64,000 nucleotides of DNA, taken from the NCBI GenBank assembly GCA_018664485.1, contig JABJOE010000006.1:7294-71293 (forward strand), given 5' to 3'. This stretch comes from Candidatus Uhrbacteria bacterium. GTDB lineage: Bacteria > Patescibacteriota > Patescibacteriia > UBA9934. Positions within the stretch are counted from its first letter, which is position 1. Each line of letters begins with the position of its first letter. Positions 1-9,000 of this stretch are shown piece after piece. The notes under the pieces were generated by a model, which searched no databases, had not been told where the DNA came from, and saw only the letters and a list, made by a program, of their open reading frames with translations. Made by a program: the position numbers and the translations under genes.

Positions 1-625
1 CGTTAATCAGTCCAGGAAGTGTGATAATTTCAGAAATTCCCTGTACCCCCTGTCGCAACACATCATCGATAATTTGGAAGGACTCTAGAAGAGAGGTCTT
101 CTTATCAATGATCTGTAGTACACGATCGTTTGGAATAGTAATAATTGTGTCGACGTGCTCTGAAAGCTCGTTGTATGCATCGTCGGCAATACGCTTGCGC
201 TGTGCTCCTTCAAATGAAAATGGCTTGGTAACAACGGCTACTGTAAGCGCTCCTGACTCGCGGGCAATCTTTGCAACTTCAGCGATAGATCCAGATCCAG
301 TCCCTCCGCCTAGTCCAGCCGTGAGGAAAACCATGTCAGTATTTGAAACAGAATTTCGGATATCATTCGCACTCTCTTCTGCTGCACGACGGCCGAGCTC
401 TGGATTCATACCAGCACCAAGTCCACGAGTTACAGTTTTACCAATAGCTAGCTTAGACTTTGCTAGGTTCTGGTGAAGAGCCTGGACATCGGTATTCACT
501 GCCACAAAATCAACGCCCCTTAGGTTCTCTTCAATCATTCTATTGATAGCCGAACCACCACCACCTCCGATACCAAAGACCTTAATCTTGGCGAATGTTT
601 CTATGTCTGGTTTTACCTGTGCCAT
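1..625 (-). CDS. ftsZ: Cell division protein FtsZ. N-terminal ~208 codons are present; the C-terminus runs off the window start.
   Basis: Reverse-complement translation from the ATG at 625 gives MAQVKPDIETFAKIKVFGIGGGGGSAINRM... and the GTP-binding GGGTGSG-type motif further on. The six-frame track misses it because it is truncated by the window edge. Track ORF 21..476(+) is its antisense shadow. Confidence 0.85.
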   Translation of the reverse strand, partial: MAQVKPDIETFAKIKVFGIGGGGGSAINRMIEENLRGVDFVAVNTDVQALHQNLAKSKLAIGKTVTRGLGAGMNPELGRRAAEESANDIRNSVSNTDMVFLTAGLGGGTGSGSIAEVAKIARESGALTVAVVTKPFSFEGAQRKRIADDAYNELSEHVDTIITIPNDRVLQIIDKKTSLLESFQIIDDVLRQGVQGISEIITLPGLIN

Positions 626-1012
626 ATGCGTATACAAAATTTATTTTCCCCCATTCGTGTTGAACACTTATTGTGTTCAATTTAGCTAACTCTAGAACAA
701 TTTTTGTACTCTCAATTTACCACATCTTAGGATCTATTAAAACTAAACGTGGATAAGTAGCTACAGGTAATAATTCAGAAACGCCTTTCTCCTGAGCCTG
801 TGCTGTCTAGGGGTAGGTCGGTCTTCACAATCTGCAGAACCCGGTGTCCGTCGATTACCAATGGTTTCGACGGATAGGTTCTGCTATTCAATTACTCCGC
901 CAAACCGTGACCTTAGACTTGCTCGGAGCGTTTCTGAATTTTATTACCCTTCGCTGTGGTTAAGGGAAATACGACAGCGGCAGCAATGCGTTTACCGTTG
1001 TTCAGTCGGAAT

Positions 1013-1045
1013 CAAAAAAGAACGGTGTCATCAACCGTTCTCTAT
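1013..1045 (-). terminator. Rho-independent terminator downstream of ftsA.
   Basis: On the minus strand: stem gaacggt, loop tgatgac, stem accgttc, followed by TTTTTTG. It lies about 35 nt after the ftsA stop. Confidence 0.5.
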
Positions 1046-1078
1046 TCTGAGAAACATAGCCAGGGAAAATCTGAGAGC

Positions 1079-2329
1079 TTATGGCACTAACGATTTCAAC
1101 CATGTTCGGATCTGCTCCCCAACCTGCCCGAAACCATCCCATTTAAGGAAACTTAGTCCTCGTCGCTGTGAACCACGAATGCTGTAACCCCAAATAGCCA
1201 ATCCAACGGCAGTTGCGTAGCTTGGATCCTTAACCTCATCTATAACGCTACTTACACCAACCGTCTGTCCGATAGTAGCTGGAAGACGCAAAACCCGTTT
1301 CGCAACGCTTGATACGCCCTGTAAATTCATCGTAGCTCCAGTAAGTACGATACCGACAGGAAGCATTCCAGATCGATCAATCTTACGCAATTCATCGTCC
1401 ACCGCCTCAAACAACTCTTCAACTCGCGCCTCAATAACCTCTGAGACAAAGCGAGCTTTTACAGGGTCTTCCTCAGACGAACCAAAGTCCTGTAGCGTGA
1501 ACACATCTTTACGATCGACATCATCTGGCGATGCATTTCCAATCCGCATCTTAATATCCTCCGCAACCTCAAGTGAAGTTTTCAACCCGATAGCAATATC
1601 ATTTGTAATGTGATCACCTCCAACTGGCAGAACAGCCGTATGGAGAATATCTCCCTCCTCGAAAACCGCCATGGTAGTGGTAGAAGCTCCGATATCAATC
1701 ACGCATACTCCCAACTCCTTTTGCCGGTTTGTGAGCACTGCCTCGGCAGTAGCAAGTGGCGTGAACACCAAGTCGTCGATATTCAAACCTGTCCTGTATA
1801 CACTTTTTGTAAGATTCTTAATGTGAGACGACAGTGTCTGGATAATAACTGCATCAACCTCTAAACGGATCCCATTCATGCCTACAGGGTCTTTAATACC
1901 CTGCTGACCGTCCACTGTGAAGCTTTTAGGGATAACATGGAGTATTTCGTAGTTTGAGGGTGTTGCAACAGTACGGGCGGCCTCAATAGCACGCTCAACG
2001 TCCTCTTCCTTAATCTCACCATCTCCACGGCCGACTCCAACCACACCCCTACTCTCTTGAACAAAAATATGATGCCCTGCGATAGACGTCCAAGCACTGT
2101 TGACTGCAACTCCTGTCATGCGCTCAGCACGCTCTAAAGCCTTTGAAATCGAAGAAACAGCATCTTCCATGCTGGAAATACTACCTTTATGGATCCCCTC
2201 CGACGGTACAGAAACCGCACCAATGATATGTAATTGTGCCTTACCCTCATCTGAAGGGACTGCCTGACCTACAACGACACGAATATGGGATGAACCCAGG
2301 TCAAGACCGGCGATTAAATCATCTGACAT
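1079..2329 (-). CDS. ftsA: Cell division protein FtsA (actin-like ATPase).
   Basis: 416 aa. N-terminus MSDDLIAGLDLGSSHIRVVVGQ... is the actin/HSP70 fold phosphate-1 motif. Lies immediately upstream of ftsZ on the same strand. Confidence 0.9.
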   Translation of the reverse strand: MSDDLIAGLDLGSSHIRVVVGQAVPSDEGKAQLHIIGAVSVPSEGIHKGSISSMEDAVSSISKALERAERMTGVAVNSAWTSIAGHHIFVQESRGVVGVGRGDGEIKEEDVERAIEAARTVATPSNYEILHVIPKSFTVDGQQGIKDPVGMNGIRLEVDAVIIQTLSSHIKNLTKSVYRTGLNIDDLVFTPLATAEAVLTNRQKELGVCVIDIGASTTTMAVFEEGDILHTAVLPVGGDHITNDIAIGLKTSLEVAEDIKMRIGNASPDDVDRKDVFTLQDFGSSEEDPVKARFVSEVIEARVEELFEAVDDELRKIDRSGMLPVGIVLTGATMNLQGVSSVAKRVLRLPATIGQTVGVSSVIDEVKDPSYATAVGLAIWGYSIRGSQRRGLSFLKWDGFGQVGEQIRTWLKSLVP

Positions 2330-2353
2330 AGTAATAGTATAGCCGACATTGCC

Positions 2354-2722
2354 TTATACGAACAGTTCCGCCAAGGCTGGCAGTAAAATCATTAACCCAA
2401 TGATAACTGATGTTATAGATGTAAGTAAAACGGCTCCAGCCATCATATCCTTCACTTCCTTTACCATGGGATTCAATCGAGGCTTTAATCCGTCTGTAAT
2501 TCGCTCTACGATACTGTTTACAACCTCCATTATTAATACGGATGCTGAAAGTAGGATGAGTATGACTTGCTCCCAAGTAGCGAGGTCCAGTAGAAAGATA
2601 AGTATTACAACTACGATCAGTCCTGCCAATTGCAGTCTAAAACTCTGCTCGTGTCGTGCAACATTTTTAAGTCCACGGATAGCGTGACTCAAACTTCTTC
2701 TAAACTGCTTTATTGAAATCAT
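2354..2722 (-). CDS. dgkA: Diacylglycerol kinase / undecaprenol kinase family membrane protein (DgkA-like).
   Basis: 122 aa with 3 predicted TM helices and an ...EVVNSIVERITD... core typical of prokaryotic DAGK. 4-nt overlap with ybeY, the classic ybeY-dgkA arrangement. Confidence 0.7.
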   Translation of the reverse strand: MISIKQFRRSLSHAIRGLKNVARHEQSFRLQLAGLIVVVILIFLLDLATWEQVILILLSASVLIMEVVNSIVERITDGLKPRLNPMVKEVKDMMAGAVLLTSITSVIIGLMILLPALAELFV

Positions 2723-3138
2723 ACTACTAGAACTTTATCGACAATATCATCTTGAATTTGAAACATCTTCTCCGCATCTTCTGACACCTCATGATCGTAT
2801 CCCAACACATGCAATATACCGTGAACGATGAGCATGGACACTTCGTCGCTTGCTCCGTTTGGCGCCTGCCTTTCCGCTTGTGCGTAGCAAATTGCAACGT
2901 CACCCAGAAGCTCTCCCGGGTCATGCATATAGGAAAACGAAAGCACGTCTGTAACTGAGTCCTTCCCTCGATACATCCGGTTTAATTTATGTATCTCACG
3001 TTCATCGACAAATCGCAAAGCGATAACTCCGTCCGCTTTTTGTGAATCGTTCACCAAACGAACAATGTTATCAAATCTACCTTCTGCCAATTGCTGATCA
3101 GAAGTTAAAGCCTCCTGATTCACATCGAGCGTTATCAC
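2719..3138 (-). CDS. ybeY: Endoribonuclease YbeY (rRNA maturation factor).
   Basis: 139 aa. HGILHVLGYDHE metal-binding H3xH5xH motif. Confidence 0.85.
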   Translation of the reverse strand: MITLDVNQEALTSDQQLAEGRFDNIVRLVNDSQKADGVIALRFVDEREIHKLNRMYRGKDSVTDVLSFSYMHDPGELLGDVAICYAQAERQAPNGASDEVSMLIVHGILHVLGYDHEVSEDAEKMFQIQDDIVDKVLVV

Positions 3139-4142
3139 AAAGCGATAATGTAAAAACTATTGATTAGCATCTGGAATGTCTGGAGGAAGTCAACGGTAAC
3201 CTCATCATCCAAATCATACGTGAAAGAATAGAAGAAACTGTCAGTAACCACGACCGATGTCCGCTCATCGCTACTCATATAGACCACATAGCCCTCCTTT
3301 GTAAGGAGTTCAATTGACATTGGGAAAGACGTTTCGATTGCAGGCGTTATAACTATAGAAAAGCTTGCATTTGTATTTGTGCTAACGACTACTTCTTGTA
3401 CTCCTTCGGCTGGATCTACCGCTTCGCTCACATCCCAGCCGGTTGGATGCGTAAATCTAAATACTTCGTCTGAAGACACAAACTCTTCCACGGCTCCGGT
3501 GTCCAAAAGCGTTGCCCCTGAAGTGCTCAATGGACTGTAACGATGGAAAACTTCATTACCATCTAGGAATGAATCACCGTCTGAATCTGGGTTTCGATCA
3601 TCTGTACCGTACAGATCTTCCTCAACATCTGTAAGGCCATCACTGTCGGTATCAACGCCAGGTCCCGGCTCTACAACATCTTCTGGGCGATCATCTTTTG
3701 AATCGCATACGTCACCCTTATCATCGTCGTCTATATCAGATTGGCTGGCGTTTGCATCTTCTGGACAGTTATCTTCACTGTCAATAATTCCATCTCCATC
3801 GATGTCGTCTGTCACCTCCTCTTCTTCTACGTTTAGAGATTGCACTACAAAATACCCAACCACAGCAAGTACAGTGATCAGAACTATTCCAACACCCAAA
3901 ATAATGAAAGGTGCCTTGCTTTTCTTTTTTGGCACAGGCTTTGGTGCAGGTTTCGGTTTTGGAACTGGTTTCGGCTTCGGCACAGGCTTAGGTGCTGGCT
4001 TTGGAAGTTCTTTCACCGTCGCCTTCTTCTGCGCGAATGATGCTGGCATTACATGAATTTCAACATCTGAAAGAAGCGACTTGCGCTCTTTCTCCTGCTT
4101 TGCTAGCTCTTCAGGTTTCATGTTTTTACCAGACTTCTTCAT
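3135..4142 (-). CDS. Membrane-anchored protein with a Pro/Lys-rich spacer and thrombospondin-type-3-like Ca-binding Asp repeats.
   Basis: 335 aa. PKPAPKPVPKPKPVPKPKP low-complexity segment, one TM helix (FIILGVGIVLITVLAVVGYFVV), then DGDGIIDSEDNCPED / DTDSDGLTDVEED / DSDGDSFLDGNEV DxDxDG repeats. Confidence 0.6.
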   Translation of the reverse strand: MKKSGKNMKPEELAKQEKERKSLLSDVEIHVMPASFAQKKATVKELPKPAPKPVPKPKPVPKPKPAPKPVPKKKSKAPFIILGVGIVLITVLAVVGYFVVQSLNVEEEEVTDDIDGDGIIDSEDNCPEDANASQSDIDDDDKGDVCDSKDDRPEDVVEPGPGVDTDSDGLTDVEEDLYGTDDRNPDSDGDSFLDGNEVFHRYSPLSTSGATLLDTGAVEEFVSSDEVFRFTHPTGWDVSEAVDPAEGVQEVVVSTNTNASFSIVITPAIETSFPMSIELLTKEGYVVYMSSDERTSVVVTDSFFYSFTYDLDDEVTVDFLQTFQMLINSFYIIAL

Positions 4143-4151
4143 AAAAAACGT

Positions 4152-4883
4152 CTATGGTTGATCAGGAATCTCGAACAGTTTTCCGTCACCATTTGGATTA
4201 AATCCACCTGCTACTTCTTGACCATCTAAATATCCATCTCCATCTGTATCAGCTTCAAGAGGATCTGTTCCGTAAACCTGAACCTCTTCACGATCTCCAA
4301 GTCCGTCTTTGTCTGTATCTAACTCGGAAGGGTCGGTACCCGCTACGATTTCTTCTGCGTCCGTTAGACCGTCACCATCGGAATCTACTTCCTCGGTTTC
4401 TTCCTCCGGATCTTCATCTTCAATAACCTCATCGTCCACAACTTCGTCATCTACCACCTCATCGGCAACCACTTCGTCATCTACTACCTCTACTGTTTCT
4501 TCATCGATAATCTCATCATCGATTGTAGATGGGCCAAAAATCAATGCATACGCAAGCCACCCTGCAACACTAATAATTACAAGAGCAACAATAACGATTA
4601 ATAGAATCTTACCAAACCCTGACTTACGTTTTGGCATCATTGGTGGTGCTACCGGGGACCCACCTGCGGACGGTGGGACTGGTACTGGCGCGCCCGTTGG
4701 TGCCTGTGCCACGGGAGCTGGTGCCGGAGTTGGCACGGGAGTAGGTACTGGCGCCGGTGCCGGGGTTGGCGCAGGTGCTGCGGCCGCTACTGGCAAATTC
4801 ACCGGAGCATCAAACATATCTTCAACGGGTGGTTGAGGTGCCGCTCCTGGTTTTGGTGTCTGGTCATCGAACATAATTAACAA
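4152..4883 (-). CDS. Membrane-anchored protein with a Pro/Ala-rich N-terminus, an acidic (DEVV)n spacer and a C-terminal thrombospondin-type-3-like repeat module.
   Basis: 243 aa. TM helix ILLIVIVALVIISVAGWLAYALIF. C-terminus DSDGDGLTDAEE...DTDKDGLGDREE...DTDGDGYLDGQEVAGGFNPNGDG. Confidence 0.6.
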   Translation of the reverse strand: MLIMFDDQTPKPGAAPQPPVEDMFDAPVNLPVAAAAPAPTPAPAPVPTPVPTPAPAPVAQAPTGAPVPVPPSAGGSPVAPPMMPKRKSGFGKILLIVIVALVIISVAGWLAYALIFGPSTIDDEIIDEETVEVVDDEVVADEVVDDEVVDDEVIEDEDPEEETEEVDSDGDGLTDAEEIVAGTDPSELDTDKDGLGDREEVQVYGTDPLEADTDGDGYLDGQEVAGGFNPNGDGKLFEIPDQP

Positions 4884-4907
4884 TAACAGTAACTATTTAC
4901 ATTAACA

Positions 4908-5852
4908 CTACTCGACTTCCGCTTCGGCCAAAGGATCAAACCCACCAGCGACTTCGTCTCCATCGGAGTAACCGTCACCATCTGTGTCAGCATTCGTTGG
5001 ATCAGTCTCATAATCGCGCAATTCATCATAGTCAGTCAGACCATCTGAATCTGTATCAACCATATCATCGCTCGTGCCGGCCTCACCTTCTTGAAGTAAA
5101 TTCAGTCCGTCACCGTCTTCATCGATTGATGAAAACATGTCCTTACATGACTCAATTGCAGAAGATGTAGCCAGCCAATTGCAAGCAGTTATATTACCAA
5201 CAATTACAGCTTCTTCCAGATCATTTTGGTCATTACACAGTGTGACATCTACTCCGCTCTTATTACAATTTCCGGATGAAGCTGCGTTAGCGCTTATAGC
5301 TAGCTGACAGCGACCAACCACACTCTCGTCATTCATTTTACTGCAGTCATCATACTCAAGCGAATCAACGATCGACTCAAACGAAACTGAATCGAAACAA
5401 TCATCTTGAGACTCACCTTCTAATAACTGACACACATCCGTATCGTCAGTTTCTTTCGCGATAAATAGAATACAATTCTCTGCAGCATCATCACTCGCGG
5501 ACTCAAGACACACAGACGGCTCCATGAGTTCTCGAGCGATGTCCGTCCAAACATGATCTACACAATACTGTTCATCCTCTTCCTCCTCGCATTCCTTAAG
5601 GTCTGCCTTAATCAATTCGTATACCTCTGAAATCTCATCGTTCGTCATCTCTTGTACGCTTGACCCGAGAAGTGCGCGAACACCCCAAACTGCCAACAAT
5701 GCAACTAGTATCAATATAAGAATTACAACAATGTACCGGACCAAAGGTCTATGAACTGGAGGTTGCGACTCACCCGTTCCCGATACCTCTACCGGCGCAA
5801 CTGGCTGTCCAGATGCATCAAGTTCATAAAATTGTTGATCTTTTGATTCCAT
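4908..5852 (-). CDS. Membrane-anchored Cys-containing protein with a C-terminal thrombospondin-type-3-like repeat module.
   Basis: 314 aa. TM helix YIVVILILILVALLAVWGV. C-terminus DEDGDGLN...DTDSDGLTDYDE...DTDGDGYSDGDEVAGGFDPL, the same terminal motif as 4152..4883. Confidence 0.6.
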   Translation of the reverse strand: MESKDQQFYELDASGQPVAPVEVSGTGESQPPVHRPLVRYIVVILILILVALLAVWGVRALLGSSVQEMTNDEISEVYELIKADLKECEEEEDEQYCVDHVWTDIARELMEPSVCLESASDDAAENCILFIAKETDDTDVCQLLEGESQDDCFDSVSFESIVDSLEYDDCSKMNDESVVGRCQLAISANAASSGNCNKSGVDVTLCNDQNDLEEAVIVGNITACNWLATSSAIESCKDMFSSIDEDGDGLNLLQEGEAGTSDDMVDTDSDGLTDYDELRDYETDPTNADTDGDGYSDGDEVAGGFDPLAEAEVE

Positions 5853-6032
5853 GTGATGTATTTACTCAACTTATAGTCTCGTTATTGAACTGCTAGCAAA
5901 CTTTTTGGACGTATGTATTTTAGATCAATTTCACCTGTGCAGATACCCTAGTAAAACTAACCGGGGACCGCCTGTCCTTCGTAGCTTTAGCGCAGAATGG
6001 ATAAGTTGAAAATGGTCCAAATACATAGTCCA

Positions 6033-9000
6033 TTACGGTTCGCAATACCTGAATCTCATATCATCAAGCGAGACCGTTCCACCGCTATCATTGTCATCAA
6101 ATGAAATTCGAATTGGAATCTCCTGTGAGTTCTCGCCGTCACACGCAAACCCTGCGGGCCACGGAATCTCTACGTCGTCCCCCTCTGTAACGTTTCCACT
6201 TACAGCCTCACCGTCAATTACGTACGTGAAACGAATCGATACGATTGAATTTACAATCTCTTCATAGATCTCCTCCAACTCATCGGCTGATGAACCGTTA
6301 TGAGCATAGTCAACATCATTGTCATCATTCGGGTTACCAGAAGACCAACATGCCATTTGATCGATCAAATCAAGATCAACATAATCAGCGGCACAAGTTT
6401 CAGATGTAGCCGCACGCGCTACTGGGATCTCGACTAATTCAAGCGCGAAGTCGGCGACAGACTCAGCTATAGACATAACTTTCCATTCCTTGATATTCCA
6501 GGAGATACGTACAGGTGAAATCCATGGAGAGTATAACGTCTCTGCTGGACAGTCGAACGGACAGTCCGCGTATGTCTCTCCCACATCACAACTCCCATCA
6601 TTATTACATGAAGACGTACCGGAACCACTACCTGGGTTACATGTAGCATCACAGCCACCGCATGTCGTTATGTCAGCTACACCCCCTTCAGCATAACAGT
6701 CATACGTAGACACGCCATAGTATCCCGAACAACACTCCCATGAAATAACGCAGCTACTACTACAGCTAGATATATCTGAGCCGGTATCACCATCACAAGT
6801 TTCACCGTCTGCAGTATTTGTATATTCGTCACCACACTCGGATTCCTGACAGTCGGTAGCAGGATGATCATCTTCATCAGCTTCTTCGTCATAATTACAG
6901 TCTGCAGTTTCCGTTCCGCCTGAATCACACTCCTCTTCGCCATTAATTACTCCATCTCCACAAACCGGAGAGGTACACTCGTTGGTACAATCATCTTCGT
7001 CTACATCATTTCCATCATCACACTGTTCATCTGCAACATCATCGACTACTCCGTTTCCACACAAGGAATCCATCCACTCCTCCTCGTCCATCCAACCATC
7101 CTCCGTTCGATAATCATCGCAGAATGCATCTTCTACTGGCGACACTTCACTGTCAGACCCTGAATATAGGGCGACTGTGTAAATCTCGACCCCGTCATCC
7201 TTTAGCTGACATGCCATGAGTGCCGGGTCGATCTGTGACGCACCACAACTCTCACAACTCCATAAACCATCCGTCATCAATACAACAATTTGACGATCAT
7301 CGGTGCTAGAATAAGTAGTAAACGCTGTCTGAGCAGCCTTAAGTCCGTAGTAAGTATAAGTACCACTGCGTGCAATGTATGAAGCGACCTCAGACTGTGC
7401 ATATACGCTATTGTCTGCATCATAGAAGAAGCCATCGTCGACATTTGAAGCGTATGTATATTCAACTTCCTCAACCGCTCCACACGTCTCCGTATCTGGA
7501 TCACAATCAGAGTCTTCCATATAGTTGGTGAATCCAATGAACCCAATTTCTACGCCACTACCGAGACCTTCAAAGATTCCGTCAACCGAAGTCTGTAGAG
7601 AGTCGATCGTCGTATCCATTCGAGTTTCACCTTCACATTCAACAGACTCATCCTCTTCACATGTTGAGTCATAATGACAGCTTGTACCGTCGTCAGCACA
7701 AGTACCATCCCAGACGTATGCCATTGATCCAGACATATCCGTTGAGAAGATAATCTTTGTGTCTGGAATATCGAATTCGTAATCAACGTCGGCAGTTAAC
7801 CTTGTAGCTACAGTACACGCTGGGAAATAGACAGTCGCTGAGTTTCCGTAAGTAAGCAATGTTCCACTGACATCAGCATCGTATGAAATCATTTCGATTT
7901 CATTACTTCGTCTTGCGCCCAGCTCGTTAGTCTTCATCAAGAGTTGGTCGTTCTCGTAGGTAAACGGACAAGTAGACTCGCAACCATCTGCACAACTCGG
8001 AAGAATACATTCGCCATCTCCGTCGTCGTCTTCGCAGCCACTATCATTAAGGCACATCAGCCCATTATTATCACCACCATTACAGACACCCACATTGGAA
8101 CATCCATAATATGCCAAACTGTCAGGCCCCACGATTACAGCACCTTCGTCTTCTCGATCACACATTCCATACACGTTACCCTCGGGATATAACGATCCGT
8201 CCAACTGAGCGTACCAATAAGGTAGGTCGGTTCCATCACAAACTTCTTCATCTTCTATTATTGTATCTCCACAAAATGCTCCGGAGTACGTTACTTGAAC
8301 ACATGAATCGTTACAGTAAGAACATGTTGAGTCGTATTGAGAATCGCAAACCACTCCATTATCTGACCCTTCATCACATTGCTCTTCGCCATCATAAAGA
8401 TATCCATCTCCACAAACATTTAACTGACACTCGGTAGTACAGTCATCTGTAGAGTCATCGTTTCCGTCGTCACACTCCTCACCATCATCAACAACTCCAT
8501 CTCCACAATCGGATGATGCCACACAGCTAACACCCTGCCAGAATGCCGTTGTAGACCAAGGACTATTCCATCCACAAGTCTCACCACCTTCACCGTCATC
8601 GGCACAAGTGATAGTTCTAGTTGTTGGGAATGTTGAAGTTGAGCATACTCCGTCGTCCGTTCCACAATATGAGTTAGAAGTACACGGATAACCGATCAGA
8701 CTTTCAGTACCGGCCAAACATACTGTTGTTATCTCACATGCCTCAGACCATGACGAAGAACTATCTCCACATACCGCGCTGTCGCAGTCGGCATCGTCTT
8801 CACAAGCAGCACCTTCGTCAGTACCACCTACACATAATTCACCATCCCATGAGTCACTATTTCCATCACATACCTCTCCCTCACCATCATCAACTTCTCC
8901 GTCTCCACAGAATGAAGCGGCTCCTGAACAATCCCAGGCACAACTGCTATTAGGGTTTGAATTGTATGTTGAGTTTAAGTCAGTACATGCTGAACCTCCG

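Noticed and set aside
21-476. 151-aa plus-strand ORF at the window start.
   Set aside because: It is the antisense shadow of ftsZ. The minus-strand translation gives a textbook FtsZ N-terminus. The ORF has Ser/Thr/Arg-rich composition typical of a wrong-strand frame.
861-1187. 108-aa plus-strand ORF spanning the ftsA-ftsZ intergenic region and the ftsA 3' end.
   Set aside because: It overlaps the ftsA stop and terminator on the opposite strand. No RBS, and the composition is arbitrary.
3802-4836. Plus-strand ORFs (84, 66 and 175 aa) inside the TSP3-repeat genes, including a Ser/Thr-rich 175-aa frame.
   Set aside because: They are antisense to well-supported minus-strand genes. Low-complexity runs (SSS/TTS, GFG) are mirror images of the Asp/Glu/Pro-rich sense codons.
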